Below, piece after piece: positions 10,616-24,088 of a DNA stretch of 47,148 bases. The number at the start of each line of letters is the position of its first letter. The first letter of the stretch is position 1. Below the pieces are notes generated by a model, which did not search any database, had not been told where the DNA came from, and worked only from the letters and a program-made list of their open reading frames with translations. The stretch is from Octopus bimaculoides (Eukaryota), in the NCBI RefSeq assembly GCF_001194135.2, contig NC_068987.1, forward strand, positions 37,654,037 through 37,701,184. Direction: 5' to 3'. The position numbers and the translations under genes were made by a program.

Positions 10616-11589
10616 ACAAGTACACGCGCGTGCACACATACATGAACTTGCTTAGTGCGGGGTGGAGGTTAAAATTTTAAATTACAAAATTCTTTTTGTT
10701 GTTGCTTAAATCCCAGCAATGGACTACCGCATCATCATTCCAAATGAGTTTATGGGGAGAAAAAATATTTGAAAACCTCAATACATGTCGGAATGACAAT
10801 GAAACGAGGAATGTATCAGGTAGTTGTGGGATGTGCCAGAAACAACAGCTAAATTTCTCTTAAATCATACACCTTTTCGCTTGAAAAGTATTTTGAAATT
10901 ATAAACAGACCCAAATTGCAAATTCAAACTGTCCGCATTTTAAACTATGATCTAAAACTAATTTCGAAAAAAGCCGAAATTTTAGGATTTATGAAGAACC
11001 TGGATTTATAATTTTTTTTTTTTTTATTCACTATTGCTTTTGAATTACGTTTCATTTTATATTTGAAATAAAGGATATGAGAATTGTAATGGTAATCGCC
11101 GATGTCCAAATTATTTTTTCTTTTTCAACCTTCAGGGCTTTTCCCATCGTTTTTAAATTATTTATTTATTTATTCATTGTACCGAAAAGCGTCATCCGTT
11201 GTTTCTCTGTGCGTAGCGCAAAAAAAAAAAAACAAGCAAACAAAAAACTGGACAAAATCGGTCCGGGAGTGGGGAGGACGGGATTCCTGAATTAAAAAAA
11301 AATTCACTAAAAGCCTCCCCCATCATTTGCAAGAGTGTGAGGAAACAAATTTGGAAAACTCTGTCAAAACGGAGAAAATCGAACTTATATGAGAGTGTTA
11401 TACCAAAAGTCCGCCAGAGCGTTTGTGAAAATTGCTCCCAACGACTGGATACTCAGTTGTGTATGTGTGTGTGTGTACATATAAATATATATATACGCAC
11501 ACACACACAAACACACATATACACACAAAGACAAATCTACGCATATGATCTATAAATAAATCTATAGGTCTATGCATGAATGATGTATG

Positions 11590-11598
11590 CATAGATAG

Positions 11599-11668
<70 letters not shown>
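11590..11668. repeat. (GATA)n microsatellite
   Basis: Direct reading. Confidence 0.95.
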
Positions 11669-13669
11669 GGATGGATAACATATATTTTCTCCCTTCTAAT
11701 TACTTTATATTCTGATAACCGTCAATAGTTACATGCATAGTTATGTAGAGAGAGAAATAGACTGAACTAGATAGTGGGTGAAAGAGGTGTGCGTGTGTGT
11801 GTGTTTGCTCTATTATGCGTGCGTGACATGTAAGGGTGCGTTTACAGTTTTAATCGACTAAAACCTGGCAGACTTAAAGGTCACACTCACACGCAGTCCC
11901 GTGTGTATGCATTAGTGTTAAAGATTTTTGTGAATATACGTATTTGATTATGTATGTGCGTGTTTGAGTGTGTATCTGCATGCGTGCAGGCCTATGTATA
12001 TTTCTAGATCCACGAATGTTAAGTGAATATTTATGCGAATATATAGATATACACATACACACATTATACATATATACATACATACATACATACATTTGAT
12101 ACGTACACACACACACACACATACATATCAACTCATGCGCGTGCATACACGCAGACAAACATCCATGTATTTTTATAAAATTGTTTTGATCTAAAAGAAG
12201 TATCGATGCGCCAGTCATCCACTGGTCCTAGGAACTACCGACATTGTGTTCTTAACTGAAGTTGCGTGGAAACAAGTACAGATAAAGAATTTCAGAGGAC
12301 CAACCTTCTGGAGAGAAACGATGAAGCGCAGTGGTTATGATGGTATCTGATGTGTGGTAATTTGAATGACAAGAACGGAGATACATTAGGTTGCATTGAC
12401 ACGAGATTATTCAGTTTCAAGGAGCAAAGGTCACTGTAGTAACTGTAGAAAACGCTGAGAAAAAAAAAAAATTTGAAGGCCAGGGATTGGAATGTATTTG
12501 AGAGCAACTTCATATCACACATTTGAGTGAGCTTCTATTGGACACAGCCGAACATGCTTGTGCGTGCAGCAGCGGTATCGCCTCAAATGTTTGGGAGTCT
12601 CACGTGGACAGTGTAGAGTCGGTAGCAAACGATTAGCTAGAAGACAAATGGATAAAGCCGTGCATCGATGAAAGAGTTAATAATAAATCAGTGAAAGATC
12701 TGCGGTTTTTACTGTTTCGTTTTGTCAATATAGTAGTTGTGACTTTCTTGTTAAACTAGTCTATAACAGTAAAACATTTCCGGGCCGAGGCTCGAAAGAA
12801 TATGCTATGTAGTATGAAGGAAAATTTAGTCGATGCTTTTAGCATATCAAGCAATCTCATCGAGGTTTCCTTGATATCCCGTGGTGACCATAATCGTTAG
12901 AATTAATGGCTATAGCTAACTCCAGAACAAGCAGATGTTTAAAAGAATTCCAGACGTGACAATCTCATATTTTATTTTATTCTCACAATGTGTATTTACG
13001 AATGTGATATCCAGTCACACCTTTCACTAGTTACATGATACGGTGTGTATTTTGAAGGAAAATTAGGTTCTATTTCTAGTAGGTTGAGCGATTTCGAAAA
13101 GGCCCACCTCATTGATTAAAGGAAAAACAAAAAGCAATCAAATTCTCACACACAGACACTCACTTACACACAGAGTTAAACACACAGTCACTCATAAATG
13201 TACACACAGTCATACATACAGTCACATACACAATACTCCTAGCCACACGCACATACACACTGTGAAACAGTCTCACATATGCCCACGCGCACGGGCAAAC
13301 ACATACGCAGTTTTACACACATACACACACACATTTCATGGTTTCATTTAGGTAGGGCTGAGGCTAACATTATTTTGATGCCCTATTGTCAGAATATATA
13401 TAATGACATTGTCATTGCCCCATATATCAATCGCCTAGTCATTCATGCATGGAATTCATTCATACAAGGAGTAATTACGTATCATAATCTCTTTATCACG
13501 CTAGATTAGCATTTCTTCACTCTGTTGGCCAACTTTATTGTATGTATGTATGTATGTATTTACATATGTATATATAAATGTGTGTGTGTATACATATATA
13601 CATACTTACAAAGATATATATATATATTTGTACGTATATACACACACACACTCGCACATATATATATAT

Positions 13670-13826
13670 ATAGGCGCAGGTTGTAAGAAGCTTACTTCCC
13701 AACCACATGGTTCCAGCTTTAGTGCCATTGCATAGCACCTTGGAGAAGTGTCTTCTACTATAGCCTCGGCCCGACCAAAACCTTGAGAGTGGATTTGGTA
13801 GACGGTATTTGAAAGAAGCATCGTTG
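13670..13826 (+). mobile_element. SINE family A, 5' half
   Basis: TAGGCGCAGG..AAGAAGCTTACTTCCCAACCACATGGTTCC..CACCTTGGAGAAGTGTCTTCTACTATAGCC..GTGGATTTGGTAGACGG, ending in microsatellite and gap. Confidence 0.85.
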
Positions 13827-15377
13827 TGTGTGTATGTATATATGTATGTGTATATATATATATATATATNNNNNNNNNNNNNNNNNNNNNNNNNNNNNNN
13901 NNNNNNNNNNNNNNNNNNNNNNNNNNNNNNNNNNNNNNNNNNNNNNNNNNNNNNNNNNNNNNNNNNNNNNNNNNNNNNNNNNNNNNNNNNNNNNNNNNNN
14001 NNNNNNNNNNNNNNNNNNNNNNNNNNNNNNNNNNNNNNNNNNNNNNNNNNNNNNNNNNNNNNNNNNNNNNNNNNNNNNNNNNNNNNNNNNNNNNNNNNNN
14101 NNNNNNNNNNNNNNNNNNNNNNNNNNNNNNNNNNNNNNNNNNNNNNNNNNNNNNNNNNNNNNNNNNNNNNNNNNNNNNNNNNNNNNNNNNNNNNNNNNNN
14201 NNNNNNNNNNNNNNNNNNNNNNNNNNNNNNNNNNNNNNNNNNNNNNNNNNNNNNNNNNNNNNNNNNNNNNNNNNNNNNNNNNNNNNNNNNNNNNNNNNNN
14301 NNNNNNNNNNNNNNNNNNNNNNNNNNNNNNNNNNNNNNNNNNNNNNNNNNNNNNNNNNNNNNNNNNNNNNNNNNNNNNNNNNNNNNNNNNNNNNNNNNNN
14401 NNNNNNNNNNNNNNNNNNNNNNNNNNNNNNNNNNNNNNNNNNNNNNNNNNNNNNNNNNNNNNNNNNNNNNNNNNNNNNNNNNNNNNNNNNNNNNNNNNNN
14501 NNNNNNNNNNNNNNNNNNNNNNNNNNNNNNNNNNNNNNNNNNNNNNNNNATATATATATATATATATATATATAAAACAGTAAAGTCAAATAAGGTTACA
14601 TAAAGTAACATGTAAGATAACTTCTAGATTTATTGATATTATCGCTGCATCTAGAGGTGGTAGACTAATCGCTTTGTAGCGATTGGTACCAACTCCAGAT
14701 GAGAAGTGGAAGCGTTCTCAAGAACTCTTTAAAGTTGATATAACATTAAGGAAAATACCGTCTGAGAGTCTGATTTACACTGATTGCATTGTTTATTTTG
14801 CAATATCAATTTGACTCCTGATAAGTTTTGCTCTTTGTAACTGACATATGCCTATCTCAAACTGATGTCGCTGAAAGATCTGGTGCGGTGGTTGAATCTG
14901 TAATTTAATGTATTTTCAGTCAACTTAATGTACCTCTTGGGAGTGGAGTTGTTGGTTAAGACATCAATGCAATATAATACATGCAAAACATCTTTAGAAG
15001 TATCTTGTGGGAATAACGCAATTACTTGTGAATAGCAGCTTTGAAGTAATGACAGATGATAGGTTTTTAGTGTTAAAACTAACTAATATGAAATATTGTT
15101 CCTGTTGAGTATTTTGTAGTATCTCTGGATACCATGGAAGTTTCTCAGTAAAAACCAAAAGGGTCTTATCGTTGCTTAAGCAAATGTTAAAAGAGAAGAG
15201 GCTGCGTTGTTCGTGAGGCTTTGGCTTTGTATGAAATCTTTTTTTTTTTTTGCCGAATTCTGAATACTTACAGATCCAAGTACCTCCACCTTGTATATAA
15301 ATACATATATGAATACATATGTACATACATAGATATATATACACATACATGCATATACACATGCACCTGTGTGTGTA

Positions 15378-15431
<54 letters not shown>

Positions 15432-15439
15432 CGTGCGTG

Positions 15440-15673
15440 CGCGTTTGTGTGTTTGTGTGTCGTATCTGTGTTCGACCTCCACAACCTATTGGCAGCTAGT
15501 GTTGATGTGTTTTCATCCCCGCAACTTAGCGATTGGTCAAAGGGGCCAATGGAATAAGTACCAGGCTTAAAATATAAGTACTAGTGTAAATTCGTTCGAC
15601 TAAAATTCTTCAAGGGGAGCGCCATCATGACCGCAATCTAACACTAAGACAAGTAAAACGATAAAAATAAAAG
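15440..15673 (+). mobile_element. SINE family A, 3' half
   Basis: CCCCGCAACTTAGCG..GAATAAGTACCAGGCTT..TTCGACTAAAATTCTTCAAGG..CATGACCGCAATCTAA..AAGTAAAA. Confidence 0.8.
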
Positions 15674-16056
15674 ACACACATATACACGCGCACGCGCGCA
15701 CGCACACACACACACACACACACTCACATACACACACACACTTAAGATTATGAATCGGTGATCATAGTTACTTTTCGCTATGTTAGTCTGAAAGATGGAA
15801 TTTTAAAGCAAAGAAAGAGACCATGTAAGTCCTATTCGGCAAATATACTTTGTAAGCGGAACAGTGAAAATATGCAATAGTTTTTTAAAAATATGACATG
15901 TAACTAGATACTGTTATTAATCTAAATTCCAGACGGATTTTTGTTTGTTTGATAGAAACCAGCTCCGTCTTTTAAAGAAGAATTCAAAGAATTCAAAAAG
16001 GAAGAAACGTACACACACACCTACACCGCTACAGAACTACACATACACACATACGC

Positions 16057-16120
<64 letters not shown>

Positions 16121-16568
16121 CGTGTGTGCGCGTGTGTGTGCGTGTGTGTGCGTGTCTGTGTGTGTATCACAGTATGAATGGCCTACATTTTTGTAAGTGT
16201 TCACTTTACTACTGACACAGTACATCATAGGTACACGAGTTACAGGAAAATTACACGTGTTGCGTATCTCAGTCAGGAATGTAACTTTAGAGAAGGGTGT
16301 CAGGGTACATATGTTATATCATGTATTATCAGAGATAAAGCTAACTAATGCCAAGATTTTGGCAGGCAGTTATCGCACTCATCTAACTATATATGTTTGT
16401 TTGCTTGTTTGTGTGTGTATGTTTGTATGCGTGCTGTGTGTATGTTTGTACGTGTATTTCATAAAATATATAAACATTTAGGTATATGCATATATAATAT
16501 ACATGCTAAATATGAATACATGTAAAAGTTTATATTACTACACTTTATATATAAATAAATACGTATAT

Positions 16569-16608
<40 letters not shown>

Positions 16609-16872
16609 CACCCATAGATATATATATGTATCCATGATGTGTGGGGGTGAGGTGGGGTGGGGGTGTGTGTACAATATAGCGTGGGCGAAGGCTTGGAAAA
16701 AGCAGTACTAAATATTGAAAGAAGAGTTATTTAGTATATTTACTCGTAGCTGAACACTTCAGAAATCTTTGCTACGAGCTTCTCGTTTTCCTTTTCAATA
16801 TCATAAATATTTTCATTAGCTACTACAAATATATTCGAATTTTATGCAATAATACTGAGCAACGGCTATTTG

Positions 16873-17695
16873 AGGGCCATCTAAGGCATGACTATAAATC
16901 GTTCTTACAAACCACACCAGGCTAAGCTGTCCAATGACGGCCATGGCTACAAACTGTACCTTCATACAATACCAAGCTTAGACCCCCTAACGAAGGTCAT
17001 GGCCATTGACCATTTCTCCTCGCTATACTATACTTGGAGGGTCAGTAAAAACCAAAGCTACATATCGTTTTTCCACACTACATCGAGCTGGAGTGTGGTG
17101 TAGTTAGGCGAAGTTAAATACAGTTCTACATCAGGCGAAGCTGTGAAAGTCAGTGAAGATAATTTATATAGACAGATTCTCCGCACCAGATAAAGCCGGA
17201 GAGACCAATGAAACCATAAATACTTGCAGGCCACATCGATTTGTCAGGCCAGTAAAGGCTACGAACCGTTTTCTTCCACATCATCAACTTAGCTGTGTCA
17301 GTGAAGTCTACAGTTAGACACCATTTCTTCACACCATATCAAGCTGAGAAGGCCATTGAAGACCATGGTTACAGATCATGAAGCCAACAAATTATGTAGC
17401 TACAGACCGTTCCCTCATATCACGTAGGTCCAGCGAAGGCTATGGTTCCTGATCGTTTCTTCATACCACACCTAGATGGAAGTACCTGAGCTGACCATTG
17501 TTATAGACAATTCTTTCGCAACATACATAATTGGGAGTGCGAACGTAGGCCACGGCTACTGACCATTTCATCATATCATGCCAAGGCAAGATGCCAGTGA
17601 GGGTCAAGGCTACAGACAGTTCTTCTACAATGTCAATAATGGAACGGCAGCTAAAGCCCTGACTACAGAGCGTTTCCCCAACATCCTACCCGACA
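16873..17695. repeat. Highly diverged tandem array, ~55-bp unit, about 15 copies
   Basis: GGCCATGGCTACAGACCGTTTC-like motif recurs near 16884, 16939, 16995, 17050, 17106 ... 17438, 17493, 17548, 17602, 17655. Confidence 0.75.
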
Positions 17696-17696
17696 C

Positions 17697-18118
17697 AAAG
17701 CATTTTGCCCGATACTCTAACGATTCTGCTAGCTTGATGCAGAAATTAGGGTGGGTATGAAGATCAGCCGATTACATCTAACCCAGTACTTAATTGGTAC
17801 TTTGCAGATGAAAGACAGATGTGACCGCGGCAGAATTTGAACTAAAAACGTAAGGAGTTGGAACAAATACCGCAAAGCATTTTTTCTGACACTAACGATT
17901 TTGCCAGATCATAATAATAATTCTTTGTACTCTAAACACACGACCTGAAATTCTTGGGGAGGGGGATAGTTGATTACATCGACCCAAATGCTAAACTGGT
18001 GCTAATTTCATCGACACTGGAAGGATGAAAACCAAAAGCAATCACGGCGGAATTTGAACTTAGAAGAAATGCTGGGAGGCATTTTGCCCGGCGTCCTGAC
18101 GATCCCGCTAATTCACCA
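17697..18118 (-). mobile_element. Head-to-tail cluster of SINE family B copies (one short stub plus two longer units)
   Basis: AAGCATTTT..TAACGATT block repeated at ~17698, ~17876 and ~18080; ATTACATC.ACCC block at ~17772 and ~17973. Confidence 0.75.
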
Positions 18119-18300
18119 CTTTTGCTTCCAGCTTGCCAACTGTTCCTGCAATTTAAGGAGCCAGATACTTCAATTAAGCATTACAAGTGTCTGTGAGTAT
18201 GTGTGGATGTTGAGTCACTTTGCTAAAATACAATTCTTAGTTCATTTGTATTGCTAAGAGAAGATAATGTTCTACAAACAACATTCAAATGCGGTAGGAT

Positions 18301-18370
<70 letters not shown>

Positions 18371-18932
18371 GTGTGTGTGTATATATATACACACTCATAT
18401 CTGTAAATGTACATTTGCATGTACACGCCTTTATTCGTATATATGTAATTGCATATATTCCTAAACTAAAAGTCAAAAGAAAGAAAAGAGAAACAAAAAA
18501 AAGGAAAAGAAACAATAGTGAGGAAGAAAAGTACGATCACAAAACCAACAAGAATAGTGCAATCAAGCAGGCAGGCAGGCAGGCAGGCAGGTATGCAAGA
18601 AGGCAGGAAGGCTGATAGAGAGGTGAGTACGATAGTGTTGCTGTCCATCAAAATAATCTAGGTGTAAAGAAGCAGCCGGATTGAGAGGTAAAACTCCCAC
18701 AGGATTTGATAGCATGTTGACGAGATCTACTTAACAGTATCTCAATGTTTGGAATTTGTTCTATAAGAAAGGGGTGGGGGGACACGACCGTCTACAATGA
18801 AGTAGTGGGTGAGTATGGATGAGGTGTGTGTGATAGGGGGGAAGCACGATTAAAGCATCTGTTCTGTGAGTGTTACTGAGGAGCGAGTTGTACATGTGTG
18901 TATGTGTGTGTGAGTGTGTATGAGTTGTGTGG

Positions 18933-18976
<44 letters not shown>

Positions 18977-19372
18977 TACTTATTACAGCCTTTGGACTAT
19001 GGCCATGCTGGGGTACCGTCTTGAAGAATTTGGTTGAACCACAGCATTTATTTTTTTATATCCTGGTACCTATTTTATCGGCTACTTTTTGCCGAACTGC
19101 TAACTTTCGAGAACGTACATGAACTAATACCGGTTATTGAGTGGTAGTGGTGGAGGTGGAGGACAAGCTCAAACACAGAGGTACACACACACATACAAAC
19201 AAATACATAGACATCTTCACTCCCCCACCCCACACACACGACAAGCTTCTTTCAGTGTCTTGTCTATCTAATCCATCAACAAGTCTTTGGTCGGGCTGTG
19301 GCTGTGGGACTTGAACCCGAAACCATGTGCCTAGAAGCAAACTTCTCGCCATACTGTCACACCTGCATCTAT
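18977..19372 (-). mobile_element. SINE family A, diverged copy with internal deletion
   Basis: GGCCATGCTGGGGTACCGTCTTGAAG..CCTGGTACCTATT..GCTTCTTTCAGT..GAACCCGAAACCATGTG..CACCTGCATCTAT. Confidence 0.8.
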
Positions 19373-19582
19373 TGAAACTACCTTTGCTTCAATGGGGAGA
19401 TAATTTCACCTCGCTTGGTTGCAAGTGGGACAATCTCAAGAATCAAGAATTTTCCAAAACCAACGTGTCATCATATTTGATTGCCTGGAGACAAAAGGAA
19501 AGTGATGAACACGTGCGTCAAAAAGTGTCATCAGTATTGCAGTTGTAATATATTTCTCCAGGCGGAGAGAAGTGATTAGGCG

Positions 19583-19622
19583 ATGTCTGATGAATCTAGA
19601 TATAAACGAAACTAGTTGAACA
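19583..19622 (+). ncRNA. Decayed minimal hammerhead-like motif
   Basis: TGT-CTGATGA-ATCTA-GATA-TAAAC-GAA-ACTAGT-T-GAACA; palindromic ACTAGT; stem II is two transitions from a perfect 5-bp helix. Confidence 0.45.
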
Positions 19623-19869
19623 CTCTCCATTTTTTGCAACCAAAACCAGTGCAGCTTGTCCTCAGGTTATGTTTTTTTTTTACAACGTAAATGACTATAA
19701 GCTAAGGAAGAATATTGTACAAGATTATATGATTTCGTATACACTTTTAAATATAAACTGCATTAGTAATTTATACCTACACACACACAATATGTATACA
19801 CACACACATATAGATTAGTATTATTGGATTGTTGGTATGGCTGTGGAATAGAATTATAACATATGCTTT

Positions 19870-19914
<45 letters not shown>

Positions 19915-19951
19915 NNNNNNNNNNTATATATATATATATATATACACACAT

Positions 19952-22725
19952 ATCGTCATCGTTTAACCGTTTAACGTCCGCTTTCCAGACTGGCATTGGT
20001 TGGACGGTTTGATTGAGAACTGGCAAGTCGGGAGGCTCCGCCAGGCTCAATCTGATTTGGCAGTGTTTCTACAGCTGGATATCTTTCCTAACGCCAACCA
20101 CTCCGAGAGTGTAGTAGGCACTTTTACATGCCGCCGGCACGGGATCCAGTCAAGCGGCACTGGCATCGGCTACGCTCGAATTTTTTTATTACGTGCCACC
20201 GGCACGAGAGCCAGTCAGGCACGACTACGATTTCACTCGGATCAGCAGGTCTTCACAAACAGCATATTGCCCAACGATTGAAAGATGCTTTTAAACGGGT
20301 CAGTTATACGACGCTGGCATCGGTCACTTCTACGATTTCACTTAGCTTGCCGGGTCTTCTCAAGCACGGCATATTTCCAAAGGTCTCGGTTGCTTGTCAT
20401 TGCCTCTGTGAGGCCCAACATTCTAAGATCGGACTTCACCACCTCATCCCATGTCTTCCTGGGTCTACCTTTTCCACAAATTCCCCCCACTGTTAGGGTG
20501 TGACGCTTCTTCTCACAGCTGTCCTCATCTATACGCATCACATGACCATACCAGCGCAGTTGTCTTTCTTGCACATCACATCTGATACTTCTTATATCCA
20601 TGTCCTCAGCAGTCACACCCCATGTTTCACTGCCGTATAGCATGGCCTTTTGCACACAGGCATCATCCAGTTTACCTTTCACTATCAGGGAGAGTCCCTT
20701 TGTTACCAGCAGAGGTGGAGCTCTCTGAACTTTGTCCAGGCTATTCTTATTCTAGCAGCTATCCTCTCAGAGCATCCACCCCAACTACTGACTTGGTCAC
20801 CTAGATAATGGAAGCTATCAACTACTTCTAGTATTCCCCCCTGACATGTGATGGAATCTGTTTTCTGTACAAGTTCGGTGTTTATTGTACCTGTGCATCT
20901 GCCAACTACAAAACTATCTTCCCACTTAACTATCCTTTGATATTACTGCACCTCTTATGTGTCCATAACTTACACCGAGTACGTCTTATGTAGTTTCTAC
21001 CTACACCTTTTTTACAGATCGAGCAGGGTCATCTACCTGAAGGGATTTGTGATTTGTCTGCCTTCCTACTTACTACGACTTTAGCTTTTGCTTGGTTAAC
21101 TCTAAGCCCCTTCGATCCTACACCTTGCTTCCACACCTGCAACTTCTTCTCTAGTTCTGGTAGTGGCTCAACTATTAGTGCAAGGTCATCAACATAGAGG
21201 AGCTCCCAGGGGTAATCTGTCTTGAATTCCCCTGTTATTGCCTGGAGGATTATGATGAACAAGAGGAGGCTGAGGACTGATCCTTGGTGAACCCCCACTT
21301 CTATTCTTCGCTATATTCGTTGCCAATTCTCGCCTTATTGATAGCACCCCTATACATGGCTTGTACAGCTCTCACCAACCACTCATTTCTCCCCAGTTTC
21401 CGCATTGACTACCAGATAAGGGATCGGGGGACCCTGTCAAAGGCTTTTTCCACCTCAACAAAAGCCAATTTCTCCTGCAGTTGTCTTACCAGAAATATAA
21501 CATCAGTGGTGCTTCTTCCTGGCACAAACGCAAACTGCATCCCATCTAAGCTGTTTGGTCAACATTTGGCAAATTCTCTTTCTCTCATTCATTCTCTTCA
21601 TTTAGCAACCATTCATAGTGGTGTCACCAAGTCTCTCTCTTTGCAGCATCATTAAATGCAAGTGAGCCATCATCCATGTAGACACATTTCTCTCCTATGA
21701 CATCACAATTCTCTCTCACACACTGTCTTGCAATTCGAAACATTTCAAGTCTCTGGTCCTCACGACGCAGAACATTGAAAAATTTCTTCTTATCTGCTTC
21801 CCCTCTGATTAAGTAAACCTATCTCTTAGCTTCCCTTCTGGTGATCTGATACAGTTCCCTGCTACCACCACACTTCCAGTCCTTCCATGCCTGTTCCTTT
21901 TCCCTAATGGCCCTGTCAACTACATTGTTCCACCACCATGTCACCTTAGACTGAGAGGGAACTTTGCCCCAGTCACATATCTGGTCGGTAGTCCTCAACA
22001 GGTTGTTCCGTAGAAGCATCCAGTCGTCCTCCACATTATGTGATGCTACATCCTCCGCGTTTTCGCAAAAAGCTTCAAGTAATACGTCTCTAAATCTCTG
22101 TCAATTCAGAGGAGCCTTAAGCTTCCACACCCTTCTTTTCTACACTGGTCGTCTTCTGGGCAGCCATTTAGCCCTGATCTCGAAGTCACTAACTACTAAC
22201 CTATATTGTGGGGGTGCATTCTTTACCTGGGAAAGTTTTGACGTTTGTAAGTAGCCATCTTTCTCGTTTCCTGGCGAGAATGTGGTCAATCTGACTATTG
22301 TACCCACCAGACTGGTAGGTGAACAGGTGACTGACAGGTTTCCTGAAGGTAGTATTACAGATCATAAGAGCATTTGCATCACAGAACTCTGCAGTCTGGT
22401 TCCCTCCTCATTACGGGAATCAAATCCGTTGCCACCAGGCACACCGTTGAAGCTCCTTGGATGTTGTCCAGCATGCCCATTGAAGTCGCCAGTCACAAAT
22501 AGTGTCTGTCATTCGTCGACGCGGTAGTCTGCAAGAGGGTGTCATAAAACCGGTCTTTCTGTTCATCAGGTAGCCCTGGCTGAGGGGTATAGACCGAGAT
22601 AATGGCTGCTAATTCATGTTGCAGCACTAGTCTAAGCTTAAGTATTTTATTACAGACTCTGATTACCTAGATTATCTTATCTCAGCAAGGAGTATACCCA
22701 CGCCGCCAACGCAATCAGTGTTCTC
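19952..22725 (-). mobile_element. RTE-clade LINE, 5'-truncated and multiply disrupted (APE, RT, 3' UTR)
   Basis: ISVY.PQPG..FYDTL..GDFNGH (APE); TWWWNNVVDRAIREK; GVHQGSVLSLLLFII..ELLYVDDL (RT); MLYGSETW..RQLRWYGHVMR..GRPRKTW; short-repeat 3' end near 19952-19975. Confidence 0.93.
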
Positions 22726-22933
22726 TACATAGAAAATTTTATACTTATGTTCTTTGCCTGTGAGGAACCTAGGAGAACTTTCTTTCCCCCATATTATATA
22801 TGCATGCATGCATCAAACACACAGACACAGACGCGCACGTGCGTACACGCACGCACGCACGCACACACGCACGCACACACGCACACTCGCACGCACGCAC
22901 ACACACACACACACACACACGTTCGGTATGCAT

Positions 22934-23140
22934 GAAGGCGGCTGGCCTAGGGGTTAGAGTGTTGTACTCATGATCACAAGACCATAGTTTCGATTCTCAG
23001 ACCGTCGGTGCTTTGTGTCCTTGACCAAAACACTTCCTCTCACGTTGCTCCAGTTCACTCGCCTACAACTGACTGGCATCTCTTCAGAGGGAATATTGGT
23101 CTACCCGCTTAGCCAGCGAAGTAGCATCATTCCAAACCTA
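22934..23140 (+). mobile_element. tRNA-derived SINE, family C (V-domain-like centre)
   Basis: TGGCCTAGGGG (A-box-like), GTTTCGATTC (B-box-like), TTGTGTCCTTGACCAAAACACTT..GTTGCTCCAGTTCACTC. Confidence 0.7.
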
Positions 23141-23148
23141 CAAAATCT

Positions 23149-23474
23149 GACACTCCGTCGATTACAACGACAAGGAGGGTTCTAGTTGCTCCGCTAAATG
23201 GAACAATGTGCTCGTGAAATTAAGGCGCAAGTGGTTGGGCACGCCATAGACACGCGTACCCTTAACATAATTCTCAGAGAGATTCGGCGTGACAGGGAAT
23301 GTGACGGAGCTGGCGCTGTGAAGTACATGTACTACTCACTTTTGCCAGCTGAGTGGACTGGAGCAATGTGAAATAAAGTACTTTGCTCAAGGACATATTG
23401 CGCCACCGGGTATCGAATTCCTGCTCATAAGATCGTGAGCTGAATACCCTAACCACTAAACCACGCACCTTCAC
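23149..23474 (-). mobile_element. tRNA-derived SINE, family C (related subfamily)
   Basis: Minus strand TGGTTTAGTGG..GAATTCGATACC..ATGTCCTTGAGCAAAGTACTTTATTTCACATTGCTCCAGTCCACTCAGC. Confidence 0.8.
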
Positions 23475-23528
23475 TTCAAGTCTAACAACATCCGAGAGTC
23501 TGGTTAATGAAGCAATATATATATATAC

Positions 23529-23644
<116 letters not shown>

Positions 23645-23838
23645 GGTAAGAAATGGCATGAACGACATGCTTTGTTCAAAATCACTACAGTTGTTTCGAC
23701 ACATTCTCGCACGTGTAGTACATTGATGAGATGTGAAGTAACTACGGCTACTATAGAATTCCTGAAGTATATCCAGTTACAGAAGCATTTCCACTGCATG
23801 ATGAAGTGGAATAATAACTGAGCCAATAACTGTGGAGG

Positions 23839-24026
23839 AGTTCTATATTTAAGAGATGAAGAATTATGTACATTATTTACAATTGACGGATATTTGTCCT
23901 CATCTTGTTTGTTGTTAACACGTTTCGGCTGATACACCCCCCAGCCTTCATCAGGTGTCTTGGGGGAAATTTCGAACCTGGGTTTTCATTCCTAAGGTAT
24001 TTTTCGATGTTGTTGTTATAATCATG

Positions 24027-24088
<62 letters not shown>

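Noticed and set aside
11040-11460. Possible promoter or 5' exon
   Set aside because: No CpG island, ORF or motif evidence beyond slightly higher complexity.
12230-12700. Possible decayed transposase or host exon
   Set aside because: Only vague peptide resemblance; no diagnostic motif or convincing splice sites.
14994-15200. LPWYPEIL peptide reminiscent of DIRS elements
   Set aside because: A single short motif with no RT, RNase H or recombinase context.
16873-17695. CRISPR-like repeat-spacer appearance of the 55-bp array
   Set aside because: Repeats are far too degenerate, the variable parts are homologous to each other, there are no cas genes, and the context is eukaryotic.
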